Assembly: GCF_018350175.1 (NCBI RefSeq)
Contig: NC_058368.1
Span: 2,852,001 to 2,916,000 of the forward strand
Origin: Felis catus
Taxonomy: Eukaryota
Reading direction: 5' to 3'
DNA length: 64,000 nucleotides
Shown: positions 49,536 through 63,840 of the stretch, in pieces
How positions within the stretch are numbered: position 1 is the first letter of the stretch
Layout: the number at the start of each line of letters is the position of its first letter
The notes under the pieces: generated by a model
Told to the model about the DNA's origin: nothing
The model's database searches: none
The model's input: only the letters and a program-made list of their open reading frames with translations
Made by a program: the position numbers and the translations under genes

Positions 49536-50739
49536 TGTTATATTTTATAGTAATAATAATAGACATCGCATATACCCAAATATCTTCCTCATCAGAGCTA
49601 TCGCCTCCAGAAAGTGGATTAATACAAGAATGGAAGCGACGTATTGCCTAAGGACTTCAAGCTAAGCAAAAATAGAAGATGGGGAGCTACTGAAATAAAA
49701 GGAAACAAAATCTGGGACCAGTAGGTGAAACATATAGGAAGATACATTTCATCTAGACTTATGGGTGGTTTTTCCATTGAATAGATGCGTTGTAGGGTGA
49801 GTGAGACGGACTCATGAGGCCCTAGGCTGCTGGTCTGAATGTGTCCAAGCAGCCGAATGGTCACGGATCAGCTCTGATGCTACGATTTTCTCTGGGTAGG
49901 AATATGGATGGATAATCATAAAATGGTTTTTCTGACTCTAAGATTCTATGACTTATCCATATGTGGTAGTGTGGATTGGAAGGGTGGGAAGACCTCTGAG
50001 TCCAATGTCAGAAAAGATTTCTTACATTTCTTTCTCTTCCCAAATACTCTGTTCTGGTGAATATGGAAGAAAGAAAGTAGTAGCTGAGATTCATTTATTT
50101 TCAGTTTAGATTCACACGTTCTGTAAGTTGGCAAAGTCCACAAAAGTGATCATATCCGACCTTCCATCCACTTCCAGAATTTCTTAGCACCACTGTGATA
50201 AGCGGTTACCGAGGCCATTTGGTTCTTCTAGGGTCGGGGAACTCACTTCTTACTTAACAAGGTTGGTCATGATGCTGTTGTACAACTCTAACTTCCTGCT
50301 AACTCTTTAATAGGTTGAGTGAAAAGACCTGAGCTTTCTTATCCCTGGGGGATAAATCAGGTTTCTGGGCCAACGATCCAACCCGAGACCTTGGCAAACT
50401 CACCAAGTTAATGGCCTCTTGGGAGGCTGTTTGCTGGTGTACCTTAGGGGGCACAACAACGGGCCATATTACACAGTGAGATTAATGCTTCTTTGTATAA
50501 CTGCCCCAATTACCACACTCCTCAGCATGACCTTTACGTAACCACACAGTACTGTGTTTTTGGTAAAGCAGGGTTTGTATGAAGATATTTTACACAAGAA
50601 CTACATTATTACCTTGTATATGAAGGGTTTTTCTTTTTAATCTTTACATTTTCTTTAAATGTGACTAGGCTAAATGTAATCTTCTTTCTTTCAGATCCAT
50701 CATACTATTTATTATGAATTCTGACTCTGTCTTCTAGTC

Positions 50740-50952
50740 CAGAGGTTACCAAAATACGACCTGTGGACTGCCTTTTTTTGCAAATAGGAAAATTTTTTTG
50801 GAACAGACCAACACCCACTTTGTTTACACATTATCTATGACTGCTTTTCACTACAAGCGTGGAGTTGATTAATCAGGACAGAGACATTGTGGCCCCCAGA
50901 ACCTAAAATATTTACACTATGGTCTCTTGTAGGACAAGTTTTCTAGCCGTTG
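50740..50952. mobile_element. MER58A-like hAT-Charlie DNA transposon (MITE)
   Basis: ttggaacagacc..cccactttgtttacacattatctatgactgctttt..ctaaaatatttac collinear with MER58A as remembered. Confidence 0.75.
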
Positions 50953-51275
50953 ATGTCACTTCCAAGCATGGTGCACAAAAACCTCTCATGTTCAATCCCG
51001 TCTATCTCTTCTTGTCTACTGACTTAATGGAGAAGACTCTGGAGACCTACAGGAGGCACAGCTGTAAGATGGAGGGAGCCTTGATCCAGAAATTATGGCA
51101 TCAGTCAAAGTGTGTCTGCTAACCCACATTGGATGTGGTGTGAGGGAGAGATAAACATGCATTATATCCAGCAATTTGAAGGTTGTTAGGCATGTAGACT
51201 ATCCTAATACCGTAATCAAACCAGTTTTTATCTGTCTTGTGTACAAAAATATCATATGAAACTTGTCAGATTATC

Positions 51276-51511
51276 TTTTTCTTTTTTTTAATGTTTATTT
51301 ATTTTGAGAGAGGGAGAGAGAGAGTGAGATATAAGAGAGAGAGAAAATGAGCAGGGGAGGGACAGACAGAGAGGCAGAGAGAGAATCCTCAGCAGGCTCT
51401 GCACTGTCAGAGCAGAGCCTGACGCGGGCTCAATCTCATGAATCATAAGGTCATGACCTGAGCTGAAATCCAGAGTTGGATGCTTAAGTGACTGAGCCAC
51501 CCAGGCGCCCC
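51276..51511 (-). mobile_element. Can-SINE
   Basis: Near-TSD tcagattatcttt / tcagttatcttt. Confidence 0.94.
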
Positions 51512-53868
51512 TCAGTTATCTTTCTCAAACTTAGATAAATATGTTCACAATATTTCCTTAACCTAAGATGAACATTTATAAAAGTCAATACCATTTATTT
51601 TATCATAAATTATTCAATTGATTTAAAATAAAAAAAAAAGCCAAAACCAGTTCATCCATTTTTCCCCACCTTTAAACTCCCACTGGTAAAATGCCATCTA
51701 TACCTCCTCCTTGGTCAACTATTACATCCTCCTTATAAGCCCTTTTTCCCCCTAGGTTTTCACCAATTACCTGTTCACTCATCAACTCCTTATTTTGTTT
51801 CAGTGATCAAGAGGATTGATAACATCACTCCCTTGTTTGAAATATTGGATACCTGTAGGCTGTCTGAAATCTTTCGGGTCCATTTGTGTGTCATCTGCCT
51901 TTTATTTCATTCATGTCTCTTGAATCTTTTGGGAAATGGTTGGCCTTCTCTGGAGACTTGACTAAACCCGTGAAGCAGCCCCCTACTATTTCTTCACACG
52001 GTCCTTAACCGTTTTCTCTCCTCTAACGGATTTTAGTGCAGCGACCCAGCTTACTCAAATGGACACCAACAAGCTCATGCAACCCCAGGCATGTGTCCAT
52101 CTTGGGCCTGCCTGGCTTTCTGTTAAGGACCTTAGTAGAGGGAAATGGAAATTTCTCTACATCTCCTGTACTGTCTGTCCTTCCTCTCACTTTCAATAGC
52201 TGTTTTCCATTCTATGAAATGACAGGGTTTTGACCGGTGAATGAATAAATAAGTATTGTTTCAATGATTCCTACCATTTTTATTCCTCCAGAGAAGTTAC
52301 AAAGGGAAATAAAAAACCAAAACCAAAAACCTCAATAAACCCATGTAAAATGGCTTTGAGGTTATTTCTCAAGAGCTGATGAATGCTTTCCTAGAGCTGG
52401 ATTAGCTAAGAAATAGGGTGTGAATTCAAACAGGGGAAAGGACAACACTTCCCTGATTAAAAAAAAAAAAAAGTGCTTTGAGCTGTTACATGATAGCATC
52501 ACTTCAGAGAAACCTCACTGAGGAAGTCTGATCAGATGCAGTGGCTTTAGTCTACCCATGACCGTCGGATCGGCCGAGTGAGAGCTGTTGTGAGGAGGTT
52601 CCTGTGTGCCAAAGCTGTCTCCTCAAAGGGAAGACCTTGGAATTTCTTCTGTTTGCCACGGGCACATAAACTAGAGTGGATGAGATGCCAGCTTTGATCT
52701 TCAAAAGTGTAGAGCTTATGGAAAAAATTAAGTTACTTTGAGTTCACATGTTTCACAAGATTGAGCCATCGAACGCACAGAGCAGTGAGGGAGATGAGAA
52801 GGGCCGGGTGCAGGGGTAAGAAATGTCAGATTCGAAACTATTTTACTTCTAAAGGTATACACCCTGATTAAATATGATTTGGTGACAAATTGAGTGACTT
52901 TGAACATCCAGGAGAGGCAGCCTGATGCGGGGGAAGAAACACAGGACGCAGGGTCCCCCTCCATGGCACCACCCAGGCTGGGTCTGTTTCCTAATCGATA
53001 CCTGGTGACTCAGAATCCTCACCGCCTTTTGGGGATGTTATGAGGATCAAATGAGATAATCACTCTAGACTCGCTTTGAGATCTCTGAATTTTAAACAAC
53101 TGAAATCACTTTTCCCCTCTCCTTTAGGGAGGGAAATACATACATACATACATAAATACATAAATAAATAAAGGTTTTCATATTCCTAGAACCATTCAAA
53201 ATATGTTTTGAGATTTCACCTCTTTCTTCCATCTGGTCCCACACTCCAACTGATCCGTCACATAATCGCCCCTCACATTTGCCATGTCAACCAATCATGT
53301 CCCTGGTTTAATGTCAATCAAGCTTTGTAATTCAAACTCCCAATCGGTTCCAAAGGACCAATGTAAGAAAATTTCCTAATATCTAAAAATCTCAAATTTG
53401 CAAGTCCCTGCAAACGCTCAAAGGATCATCTTCTGTCTGCTGGTACATCTGGTCATGACTATGCATTTTGAGGGGGCTTGTCCATCAGAGCAGACATCTC
53501 AGTGAGGCTAAGACCTCAGTGAGGTTCAGTTGTCACATACGATAGTTGATTTCCTTTATGCCATGATCAGGGTCTATACCCCGAACAACAATCATGCTAC
53601 CTGTCTAGTGTGTAAGTGAAATGCCTCTGCAAAAGATCAGTCCATGAGAAAGAAGAACATGTGAATTTGGTCATTCCTTCAGCAAATACGCTTGAACCAC
53701 AATGGAGTGCTGTGTACTCTTCTAGACCCTTCCTTTCTTTGGCTTCAGACTGGAGGCAGAGACAGGCATTCCTGAAGTAGATAGTGCTGTGATGAGGTCA
53801 TGTTATAAAGGCAAAACGCATGGCCTAGGACAGAACCGTCACAGTATTTGAAAAAATAAGACATCACA

Positions 53869-54090
53869 GGGTGCCTGGGTGGCTCAGTCGGTTGGGTGTC
53901 CGACTTCGGCTCAGGTCACGATCTCATGGTTTAGGAGTTCGAGCCCCGCGTCGGGCTCTGGGCTGATGGCTCGGAGCCTGGAACCTGCTTCTAGTTCTGT
54001 GTCTCCTTCTCTCTCTGCCCCTCCCCAACTTGTGCTCTGTCTCTCTCTGTCTATCAAAAATAAAATAAATAAACGTAAAAAAAAAAAGAA
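53869..54090 (+). mobile_element. Felid SINE
   Basis: TSD aaaaataagacatca. Confidence 0.95.
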
Positions 54091-55914
54091 AAAAATAAGA
54101 CATCAATATCTATGTCGTTTTCGTATGTAAGGCTCCATAGAGTATAATAATTATTTTTATGATTCGTAAGACATGGCTTTGTTTCTATATTCACATAGCA
54201 CTGAGAGCCTTACTGTAAACAGCAAGAATTTTGTGCTGTTCAGGGAAAGAGTAATCAGACACCACTCAGCTCATTGTAATTGTTGCTTATCATTCCTCCG
54301 CTTGGAAAAAAAAAAAAAATCTTCCATAGCTGGGTGCTATTTGATTTAAGTCCTCTTCAGCCATGGTTGACTGTGTTGAAACAATGCCAGACTGAACATC
54401 GATACCAGGTGCCTGTCCTAGCAGAATCCAATATCACACCTGCAGATAGGGTGTAAGATTACATCATGTGTCGTCCTGAGCACCACACATGACTCTATAC
54501 TTCCTCTCGAATAACATTATAATTTACACTTGGAGACTTTAGACTATGTGGCCTTGGCCAAATGAAAGTTTTTGCAGCCAAACACATCAAACTCAATATA
54601 TTTTACTGCGCCAACGGGATCGGTGGGTTTTTTTTGTTTTTTTTTTTTGAGAAAGTTGAACATAATTAAATCTATCAATGGCATTTCAAATGAAAAGTAC
54701 CTGTCCTGCAAAGGTGGGCTTATGGACATTTGGCTGTCAATGAAGAAGAAACCGGAGACGCATGAAAGAAGGCCAGTGTGCTATGGGAATGAAACAAGAG
54801 TTCACAGAGGAAAAGTGGAACAATGAGATCTTTTGTTTTACGGAAATGTCATAGCTGGGAAGGCATACATTTAAAGTCAGAGACTCACTTCAGGCAAAAA
54901 TGAACACGCTCCCAATTCGAACACGTTTCCGGCTCTGGGAGGTAGCCTATGGTGACCTTCTCTCGGAGCTTTGGGAGACATTGTGTGGCTATTTCAACAC
55001 CCGCTCGCTCTGCGCGCTCGAATTTTCACCTCTGCACTTGGGGGCCCGACAGGGGTTCCCTTAGAAAGCAGTCACCGTCACCTGCTCGCGCTTTGAGCTG
55101 CTGGCTGAAAGCAGCAGCTCTTCTTTGTTGAGAAAGCAAATGTTTACATGAACAGAGGAAGGGAAGACCGTCTTCATTCCCTTTCTTTCCTCACTGACCT
55201 CTTCAAAGGATTGGAGGAGCTTTCCACCTGGCTGTTGGGTTTCTATGACTTCGGGATCCATTCTAGGGTTTTCTTATTTTCTCTGGAATTGCCCCAGAAT
55301 TTTGAGTCTTTTAGACAGGTTTCTGTTGTTTAAAACTGGTAGCCAGTGATCTCTGTGGTCTGGGGATGATTGCGGGGTGCCAGAGAGATCTTTACCATTC
55401 CGCCTCCCCCAATAACTCTCTCTTAACTCTGTCTTAATTTTCGGTGTTTTCTTGGTATTTTAGACACTCTTTTAGAGTTCTAAAATGCATTCGTCACATG
55501 CGTCCCAAGGATGTAGAACATAGGAAGTCAGGATGCTGCTTGAAGTCTATGTAACTTTGCAATGAGGATCCCAAGATACCCGAAGCATCCCGGAGTCTCT
55601 GGGGGAGGAATGTACTAGAAGGAAGTTTGAAAACAACTAGAGAAGTAAAGAGGCACTAATGAGAAACTTGATTTATGTCACTGTTCTGTGTTCTATGACC
55701 ACAAGCTACCGGGGGAAGTGTTTTATCATACAGCTGTGTATAAATCAGAGAGATGTAAGAGTAGAGAGTATCTTTTCCACCTATAAGTGAGGAATGTATA
55801 TTACCTTGTACAAGAACCAGACACATTTTCTTATCAGGTCTTCATGGTCAATTTTACTTGAACAATGGTTTTCTGTGAAATTATTTTTATTGACTCTGCC
55901 TCAGGAAAGGATAT

Positions 55915-56345
55915 ATATTAGGCAGTCTTGCTGTGGTAACAAATAGTTCACAGGTCGCCACGGTCTTCAATAATGTTTATTTCTTCTTTTCATTTCATAC
56001 GGGTGACTACAGTTGGCCGTGGCTGCCATAGCTCCGCTTGGATCTTCTTGGCTTTGTATCAAGTAGCTTTTTATTTTATTCTTGGACCTAGGTTGAAGGA
56101 TTGGCACTTATTTGGGACAACTCATCCTCATTGATGAAGAAAAAGACAGGAAAGCTAGGGGAAATCTGCAATACTTCTGCACACAACCACATCTGCTCCC
56201 ACTTCATTTGTTCAATAAAGTCACCTGGCCAAGCCACACACAGTGGCACGGGGAGATGTGTGCTGCTTACATACAGGCACTGAGCCACAGAACAACAGGC
56301 AGGAGGCATGTCATCTTACAGTCTTATAATCGGGAACAATAATAC
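55915..56345 (-). mobile_element. MaLR LTR (MLT1J-like)
   Basis: tgctgtggtaacaaata...aatgtttatttct...aaagtcacctggccaagcc. Confidence 0.55.
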
Positions 56346-57615
56346 AGTGTTGCTCGTCTGTTGTCCTGTGGCCTCTTACTCACTTTTATGCAAATTGCAA
56401 GCGGATTCAGCTTCAGAGATTCAGAAGGGTTGGTGCATATGAAGCCCAACGGCGTCTTCAAGTTCTTGAATTTTTAGGCAAAACAATTTCAAGTCTGCGC
56501 ACTGAGAGATAATCAATAGTTTCCAGTGCGTCCTTCGTCATTCATACTTTGGTTTTCAACTCTGAGTTGGGGTTCAACTCAGAGCTAAGTTGGACTGAAG
56601 GAAATGATTTTTACTGTACGTAAGTGTTTTTCTCTTGAGCTTAAATTTTACTTCATTATTAAATTTATGATGATAAAAATATCCATATTTTACTCAACGT
56701 GGACTCCATACAGTTAAGGAATTAAATAACAACATTTTCCACAAGTAGTGACAGTAATTTACATGTGGCTCATATCCCAAAGGATGTTCTATTGCTGTTC
56801 AGTCTCCCCTAGTAATCAGTTCTCTGACACCCCGAGGGATTAGGTCATTAAAGAGTTCCTGGCACGTTACCTAAAGGCTTTGAGGTGTTAATCCTGGTTT
56901 CCTGGTCAGATTCCAAGTAGGGTAATGACTTGCTGACTTCTTAAATTACTCCTGCAATTTTGGCCAATCAGGATGTTCTCCTTGCTTTCTGTCCTATGTG
57001 TTTTCACTAAGTGGTTTTCTTGTTAGAGACATGTGCCATCTTCTTTTGTAAATGAGGTGAGGATAATTTCAAAGCACTTCTAGAACCTTCTGAGCTATAA
57101 TGGTGTGCTTTGTTATGACTCTGTCATGAATCTCGATGTGGTCTCTCTCCTAACGAAGACCTCAAATATAACCAAACGTAGGTGTCGACTTTTCTCCCTG
57201 TAACTTGCGTGGATGGTTTGTCCCTGGGTGAGCTCACCCCACAGAGGATACCCAGTGAGAAGACCCTCTCTGGGTCCTGCCTCCGAATGAGGAGTGAAAG
57301 GGTTCTGAGGAAACTTTTTGGCGACTTGTCTCCTGGATGGCCAGACAGGTGTCACACAATCTCTCTTGGAAGGATTGGTTGAACTGAAGATTATGGAGAA
57401 GCAACTTTATTAACCAAGAGGTACTCATAAATATTTCTTACCTTTTCAATGTCTAAGGACATATGTTATTACTTATATGTTAAAATATATTTCACTAATA
57501 TAGTCTATTTAGAAAAATGTATATTTATGTGCACATATTTTAACAGTACAAGTAACTCGAATGCTAATTTTCTTATGAATAGAATATGAAGTGATTTGTA
57601 CAAAAATTTAAACAA

Positions 57616-57820
57616 GGGCACCTGGGTGGCTCAGTCAGTCGAGCGTCCGACTCTTGATTTAGGCTCAGGTCATGATCTCATGGTTTGTGGGATCGAGCCC
57701 CTCATCAGGCTCTCTGCTGACGGCATGGAGCCTGTTTGGGATTTTTTTCTCCCTTTCTCTGCCCCTCCTTCTCTCTTTCTCTCTTTTTCTTTCAAAATAA
57801 ATAAGTACACATTAAAAAAA
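57616..57820 (+). mobile_element. Can-SINE
   Basis: gggcacctgggtggctcagtcag..., A tail. Confidence 0.92.
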
Positions 57821-58069
57821 TTAAACCGATAATTGCTAAATGGATGTTTAATGACTATGTATGTATTTGATTTCCTAGGAATCACACTACCTTCTGATAG
57901 TTTTGCCAATAAAATCCACTTTAATTAGAGTTGTCCTATTGATGCCTAATTAGAAAGATTTTTGCTTCCTGAATAGAATGAATTAAGTAATAATAATTTT
58001 ACTTCCTTAATTTCTATTTTTAGCAGAGACACATACAGTGAATAATTAGGGTTATTGACTATCCGGAGC

Positions 58070-58180
58070 TCACTATTAGACTGTAACCTCTGAGGGCAGA
58101 GATAATAATGTCTTTTCTTACTTTTGTTCTTAGTGCTGAGCATAGTGGCTGATACACTATAGATGCTCACTAAACATTAT
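58070..58180 (+). mobile_element. L2 3' end
   Basis: tagactgtaacctctgagggcagaga...agtgctgagcatagtggctgatacac..agatgctcactaaacatt. Confidence 0.65.
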
Positions 58181-58344
58181 GGAGGGAGGGAAGGGAAAGA
58201 GGGAGGAAAGAAGGGGAGGAAGAAAGGGAATGACAAAGAAGGAAGAAAGGAAGGAAAGAGTGAGGAAAAAAGAAGAGTGAATGGGTTACTAGCCTGAGTG
58301 GATATGATTCTAGTCCCAAACAGAGCTTAGGTGTTTACTTATCC

Positions 58345-58404
58345 TTTTTTTTTAATTAGTGTTTACTTATTTTTGAGAGAGAGACAGAGTGCGAGTGGAG
58401 AAGG

Positions 58405-58454
<50 letters not shown>

Positions 58455-58577
58455 CAGAATCTGAAGCAGGCTCCAGGCTCTGAACTGTCATCCTAGAGCC
58501 CAGCACGGGGCTCGAACCCAAAAACTGCTGAGATCATGACCTGAGCCAAAGTTGGATGCTTAACCAACTGGTGCCCC
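58345..58577 (-). mobile_element. Can-SINE with long (GA)n
   Basis: Near-TSD taggtgtttacttatcctt / taggtgttcacttatcctt. Confidence 0.93.
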
Positions 58578-58885
58578 TAGGTGTTCACTTATCCTTAAAG
58601 ATGTGTGTGTGTGTGTATGTGTGTGTGTGTTTAAGTTGTAGATTGGCAGTGCACTTACTTATGCTTGTTAAGTGTAATTACTGGTTTTATTCCTTTATTG
58701 CTACAGTCTGACGGAATATTGCCTTTGCTATTTGTTTCTATGAGAATGTCAGTAGATGGGTTTGTATGTCTCTAGAAAGCAGGTGAAAGTTCATTCTGAT
58801 GAATAACAGCAGATACTGTTACTTTTATGGACAGCAGATACTGTTACTTTAATTAATTAATTATTAATTATTATTAAGTTATTTT

Positions 58886-59128
58886 ATTTTTTTTATTTTT
58901 ATTTTTTTTTTAAATTTTTTTTCAACTTTTTTTATTTATTTTTGGGACAGAGAGAGACAGAGCATGAACGGGGGAGGGGCAGAGAGAAAGGGAGACACAG
59001 AATCGGAAACAGGCTCCAGGCTCCGAGCCATCAGCCCAGAGCCTGACGCGGGGCTCGAACTCACGGGCCACGAGATCGTGACCTGGCTGAAGTCGGACGC
59101 TTAACCGACTGCGCCACCCAGGCGCCCC
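58886..59128 (-). mobile_element. Young felid SINE
   Basis: TSD ttattaagttatttta. Confidence 0.96.
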
Positions 59129-60929
59129 AGTTATTAAGTTATTTTAAAATTTAAGTAATTTTAAATTGAATTATTATTAAATTAAATTGTTATTAAATTA
59201 TTAATTACTAACTCCCAAGAAAGGCTATAGATCAACCATTGAACACGTCATCATTTTCGCCAGGATCCTTCAACATTCAACTAACTTAGGATCAATGTTC
59301 CATAAAACAAGTTAACTAAGTTTCTTAGGCAGTCAGTTTCTTCATTATCATTTCATTCATTATCTGTTTATTTTGAAGTAGATAATAAGGTTAAATGTGC
59401 TATAGCTACTGAGGTTTTGCTCTTTCTGGTTTTTAAAAGCTAAAGAGAACACCTTATTGGTTTTGAACTAAAATGATCGTGGCCACGTTCTAGAAAGGAG
59501 AACTTGAGTGGGTGAGAGGGGGAAGCTTGATTGCTCTTTTGTCTATACATTGGAAGGGGCTCGACCTAGATCTTCAGGAGACTCGAGGCCCGGGTGCTGT
59601 TGGGCCACCTCCGTTCTGGAAGAAGCTGCCTTTCGTTCAGGTGCATTTTCTTACCAGGTTTCTTGATGACAAGAAAACCAACAAATGACAGCCGGAGAGG
59701 AAGACACGCACATGAAATATCACCTTCGCTTGAGAGCAGTTTCATACCAGTATGACCAGCAACATGGGATCCATAGATCCATTTGCTGGTCAGGGGGCAA
59801 AACTCCAAATGCTCTGATCTGGAGTACATACTTGGAGCTTGTTTGAGAAAAATGGCTAACACGGATGAGAGCACGAGATAGCTTTTGGTCTAGATTCTCT
59901 AAACCCTTCTTCCCCAAACGGGATTATGAAGCTTTGGCAATAAAATGTAGCCCGCCATTTTCCAAATGTTTCATCAAGGAACTCTGCGGGGAGCAAGTTT
60001 GGCAGAACCGCATCGTTTTGGTCCCTGTGGAATTGATTTTCAGGAATTCTGCTTCGGGGTTGTGTTCTAGGCACACACTAATGGAAGCTTATGAGAGAGA
60101 CTGATGAACCTTATTGGTGTTTGTGGTACAAACGTTAGAAATGTAGTTCATTTTTTCTTACCTAGTGCCTTTTTTAGGAGGACATGGGAAGGTGCATAGG
60201 AGGATTTTCTCCTTCTTTAGTGCCAGAAATAGTTATATTTTTTTCTCAGATGCTGTTTGTTTTCATCTTCTGGACTCTCATAACTACGTAACTGATTGTC
60301 TCCCTATACGAACTGGCCGATTAAAGTTTATAGTCAGAAAGATTCCTTCTGCTAGAAAGGTGTGTGTTCAGGCGAAGCCGAGGTGGTCGGTGAATTTGAA
60401 AAGGTCAAGAAAACACAAGGCTGGAGGCTAATTTGGATTGTCCGATGGAGTTAAGTTCCACGGAAAGGAATGTGGAGAGGGAGACTAGGAAGCAGGTGAA
60501 GACTTTAATGGATAAATGGGGGGATTGAACGGTGATGGTGATATGGAAGGCTAAAAGGGGGTGCAGTTGAATGAAATGAGTTCCAAATAAACAGTTTTTA
60601 TCTGAGGGTCCAGGGATAACGTTCTGAATCAGGTAACGGTGATTAGAGGTGGTACTTCACTTCCCTATGAACCCTGCAGATGGGAACCCCCTGCTGCCAT
60701 AAACCAATAAATGTACTCTGATTCATCTTTCATATTCAACTAGTTAGTCACCATGTGTTCACTACCTTCAGCTACAGAGCTCTGATTCATCTTGTGATGA
60801 ATCCTGCCTCCCTGCCTTTGTCTGTCACCCATTTTAAGGGATCCACATTGAAAGTAGCTCCAATCCCCTTCTTCTCTGGCATTAGCACCTCTGCCTCGAC
60901 CCATCCTTCAGTGGATAAATAAATAAAAT

Positions 60930-61500
60930 AAATCCTCCAGTGGATTTATTGCAACAGCTGCAAGAGCCTCCAAACTAATCTCCTTCCTCTCGTTTTCCCA
61001 TAATTTCACCAACTGCACATTCATCCCAGTGATCCTCCTGAAGCATGCTTTGCTTCACCGGCACCCCACACACTCCCTCTGCTGCCCAGAAGAAAAGGGG
61101 TCAACTTCTGAGTGGGGCGCAGAAGGCCTTTGCCATCGGGTCCAGGCCAACTTCCCCGGGACCTCACTCTGCTCTCCCGTCACTCCCTCACAAACCTCCA
61201 CCCTCGTCCCGCTGAATCTCCTCCATCCTTGGTCCTCCCGAACAGGTCCTGCCTTCTCATCCGTTAATGGGAAGGCAGAGTCTGTCTTCTCTTGTGAGGC
61301 TTTTCCAACCCCCCTCTCACCTCAGCCCAGATGAGTCATCTCCACCATGGTACTGTCTCATCATTCCATTCATGCTGTGACTTTAGCTCTTGCTGCCTCG
61401 TTCCCATGACTATCCTTTTCACTGATGTAAACCCTCTAAGGAGAGGGAGTGAATGTGATTCATCTGTTTCTTTCCAGGCCTGTTATCTTGGATATAGTTG
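60930..61500 (+). mobile_element. L2 remnant
   Basis: ggatttattgcaacagc..cctccaaactaatctcc..ccagtgatcctcctgaagcatg. Confidence 0.5.
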
Positions 61501-63019
61501 TTTTTGGCCAAAACACACACAAATGCTTGGGAAGGAAGCATGTCCTTAGCTGATCAAGGTACATACATGTGGAGAAAGAACCAATGATGTAGGTAGAACC
61601 TCTAGGATTTGTTCTTTAACTCACTCTAAGAACTCAGCTGCTCATATGGTGGACACCACTTGTATACATTGCCCCCCAAGATCACACGGAGGTTTTTTAC
61701 AGGACAATGAAAGACATTTTACTGATTACCTTCAATGAGGCGGTATGGTAAACACAACTACCTGAGCCCCAATATCTGGCCTCCTCTTTGACTATCGTAT
61801 TAGGCCTTCCAGCTGGGTAGGTGGCTTCCCAACTAACAAATGCATTGTTCTAGTCTCCCTTACATCTTGGTCTGCCCACTGACTCTAGATTCCAGCCAAT
61901 GGGAACAGACACAATGTGGGCAGATTCCAAATAAAAGGAGCACGTTCTCTCTTCCTCAGTTTCCTCTTTTCATGGGCCGCAATGGTGGGTGGTGGAGCAA
62001 CCACCTTTGATCACTTTACTGAAGCCAAACATATTGAGGACACACAGAGCACTGAGGGTCTGGGTTTCTATACTACCTGTTGCAATAATCCAAAGAAGAG
62101 GTGGCCGATAAAGACTTGAATGACGGTAGGAGTGATGATGCTGAGGATCCAGATTCTTTCTGTCTTCTTACTAACAGCTGTGGTGCTGTTAGCTGTGGAC
62201 AGCTCATTTGTGGGTTTTCACCACCTAGCTGAAGTCATTCTGATTCGGCTGACTTTGTTATAGCAACCTCACTAGTGTGTACTTAATTGCTACCGGTGAG
62301 CTCACGTATTATTAAGCTTCATCAGTAGGCATTTTCAACAAGTGTATGTTTTTTTGTGTGTGTGTGAGAAAATGTCCACTAACCTTAGTGGTATGAAGAA
62401 AAAGACTTTATATAGTCTAAAACCTTTTCTCCCATGGTTTACTTTGCCTTCAAGATGTTGGTGCCACTCTTCTGGTCTATCTTTTATCACGTTGGTCCAA
62501 GCATGTGGACAGTCCTTCCCTCTTCATTTCCTGCTATGGAAATCAGATCAGCAAGATTCTGCTAAACTTCCAGGATAATAGGAAGGAATAACTTATGCAA
62601 CGAACAATGTATAACTTGCTGCTAGATGGGGTTCTTCTCAAACTCTCAGGCATCAACCTACCTCATAGGGTCCCCTGCATTCAGTCTCATGGTAGAGCTC
62701 CAAGTCTACAATTTGTGGCAGAGGCCCACTCACCCCTCCCACCTTCCCACCCGGGAGTACCTGAGAACACATCTAGACTATGAGGCTCCAGAGAGAGGCT
62801 GAGATTATCTTCCGGTCTAAGATAAAGATGAAGACTCACTTCTGGTCTCAGCATCTTCTCTTTCCAAGAGGTTCAGCACAGAGATGGCCAACTCTAGAGA
62901 TGGTTAACTCTAGAGAGTTAACTCTAGTTATTTGTAGAGAAACAACTCTATTCCCAGGCCCAGGGACAAAAACCATTCCATGGGACAGTAATGGAGAATG
63001 GAATCATGCCTTCACTGCT

Positions 63020-63132
63020 ATTGGATTTAATCTTTCCAATTTAACAGATGAGTAAATGAGGATCAGAGAATTTAAACAACATATCCTAAATCACATGGCT
63101 TTTCAGTTTCAGAACTGGGATTTGAACCTATA
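63020..63132. mobile_element. MIR
   Basis: tttaacagatgagtaaatgaggatcagaga..gaactgggatttgaacc. Confidence 0.65.
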
Positions 63133-63219
63133 TGAGGGTTTTCCATATGCCGACCCAATGACCTGAAGCAAACTGTCTGTACAGATGTTTCAGGGAGCTT
63201 GTTAAAATAGAGAGAAGTT

Positions 63220-63431
63220 GGGGCTCCTGGGTGGCTCAGTCGGTTGGGCATCCGACTTTGACTTAGGTCATGGTCTCATGGTTCGTGGGTTCGAGCCCTG
63301 CGTCGGGCTCTGTGCTGACAGCTCAGAGCCTGGAGCCTGCTTCAGATCCTGTGTCTCTTTCTCTCTCTACCCCTCCCCTGCTCATGCTCTGTCTCTCTCA
63401 GTCTCTCAAAAATAAATAAACGTTAAAAAAC
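63220..63431 (+). mobile_element. Felid SINE
   Basis: ggggctcctgggtggctcagtcgg..., aataaataaacgttaaaaaa. Confidence 0.95.
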
Positions 63432-63840
63432 ATTGAGAAGAAAATTAAAAAAAATTTCCTCATCCCACGTTGGGAGGTATCTTTTAAGTAATTTTGGGGT
63501 GAGTCTTAAGTCTTTGAATTGTATTTTTAATAAACTACCCAAGCAATTCCAATATACTGCAATATTTGGGAACTACTATTTTATGCCACACAGGCATATT
63601 GGTCTCAGACTTTTTTCTAGCATTTTCTCACTTACCCTCTTGCCCCCCCCCCCAAAATGAATGATTCAAAATGAGAGCAATATGTCTCAAAACAAAATGA
63701 AACCCATTACCCTTTGAGGCAACGCTTTGGAAATTAATTATATGAATGCATCACCACTTTAGCTAGACTCTCCACCAAAGTTTGAAGGTTGTCTTTCTAT
63801 CCATCCATTACTGCTTATTGCGTGATGTTTGTGACTAGGT

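Noticed and set aside
59566..60104. Cluster of 65-102 aa ORFs suggesting a pseudogene
   Set aside because: No recognisable protein similarity, poly(A) tail or TSD
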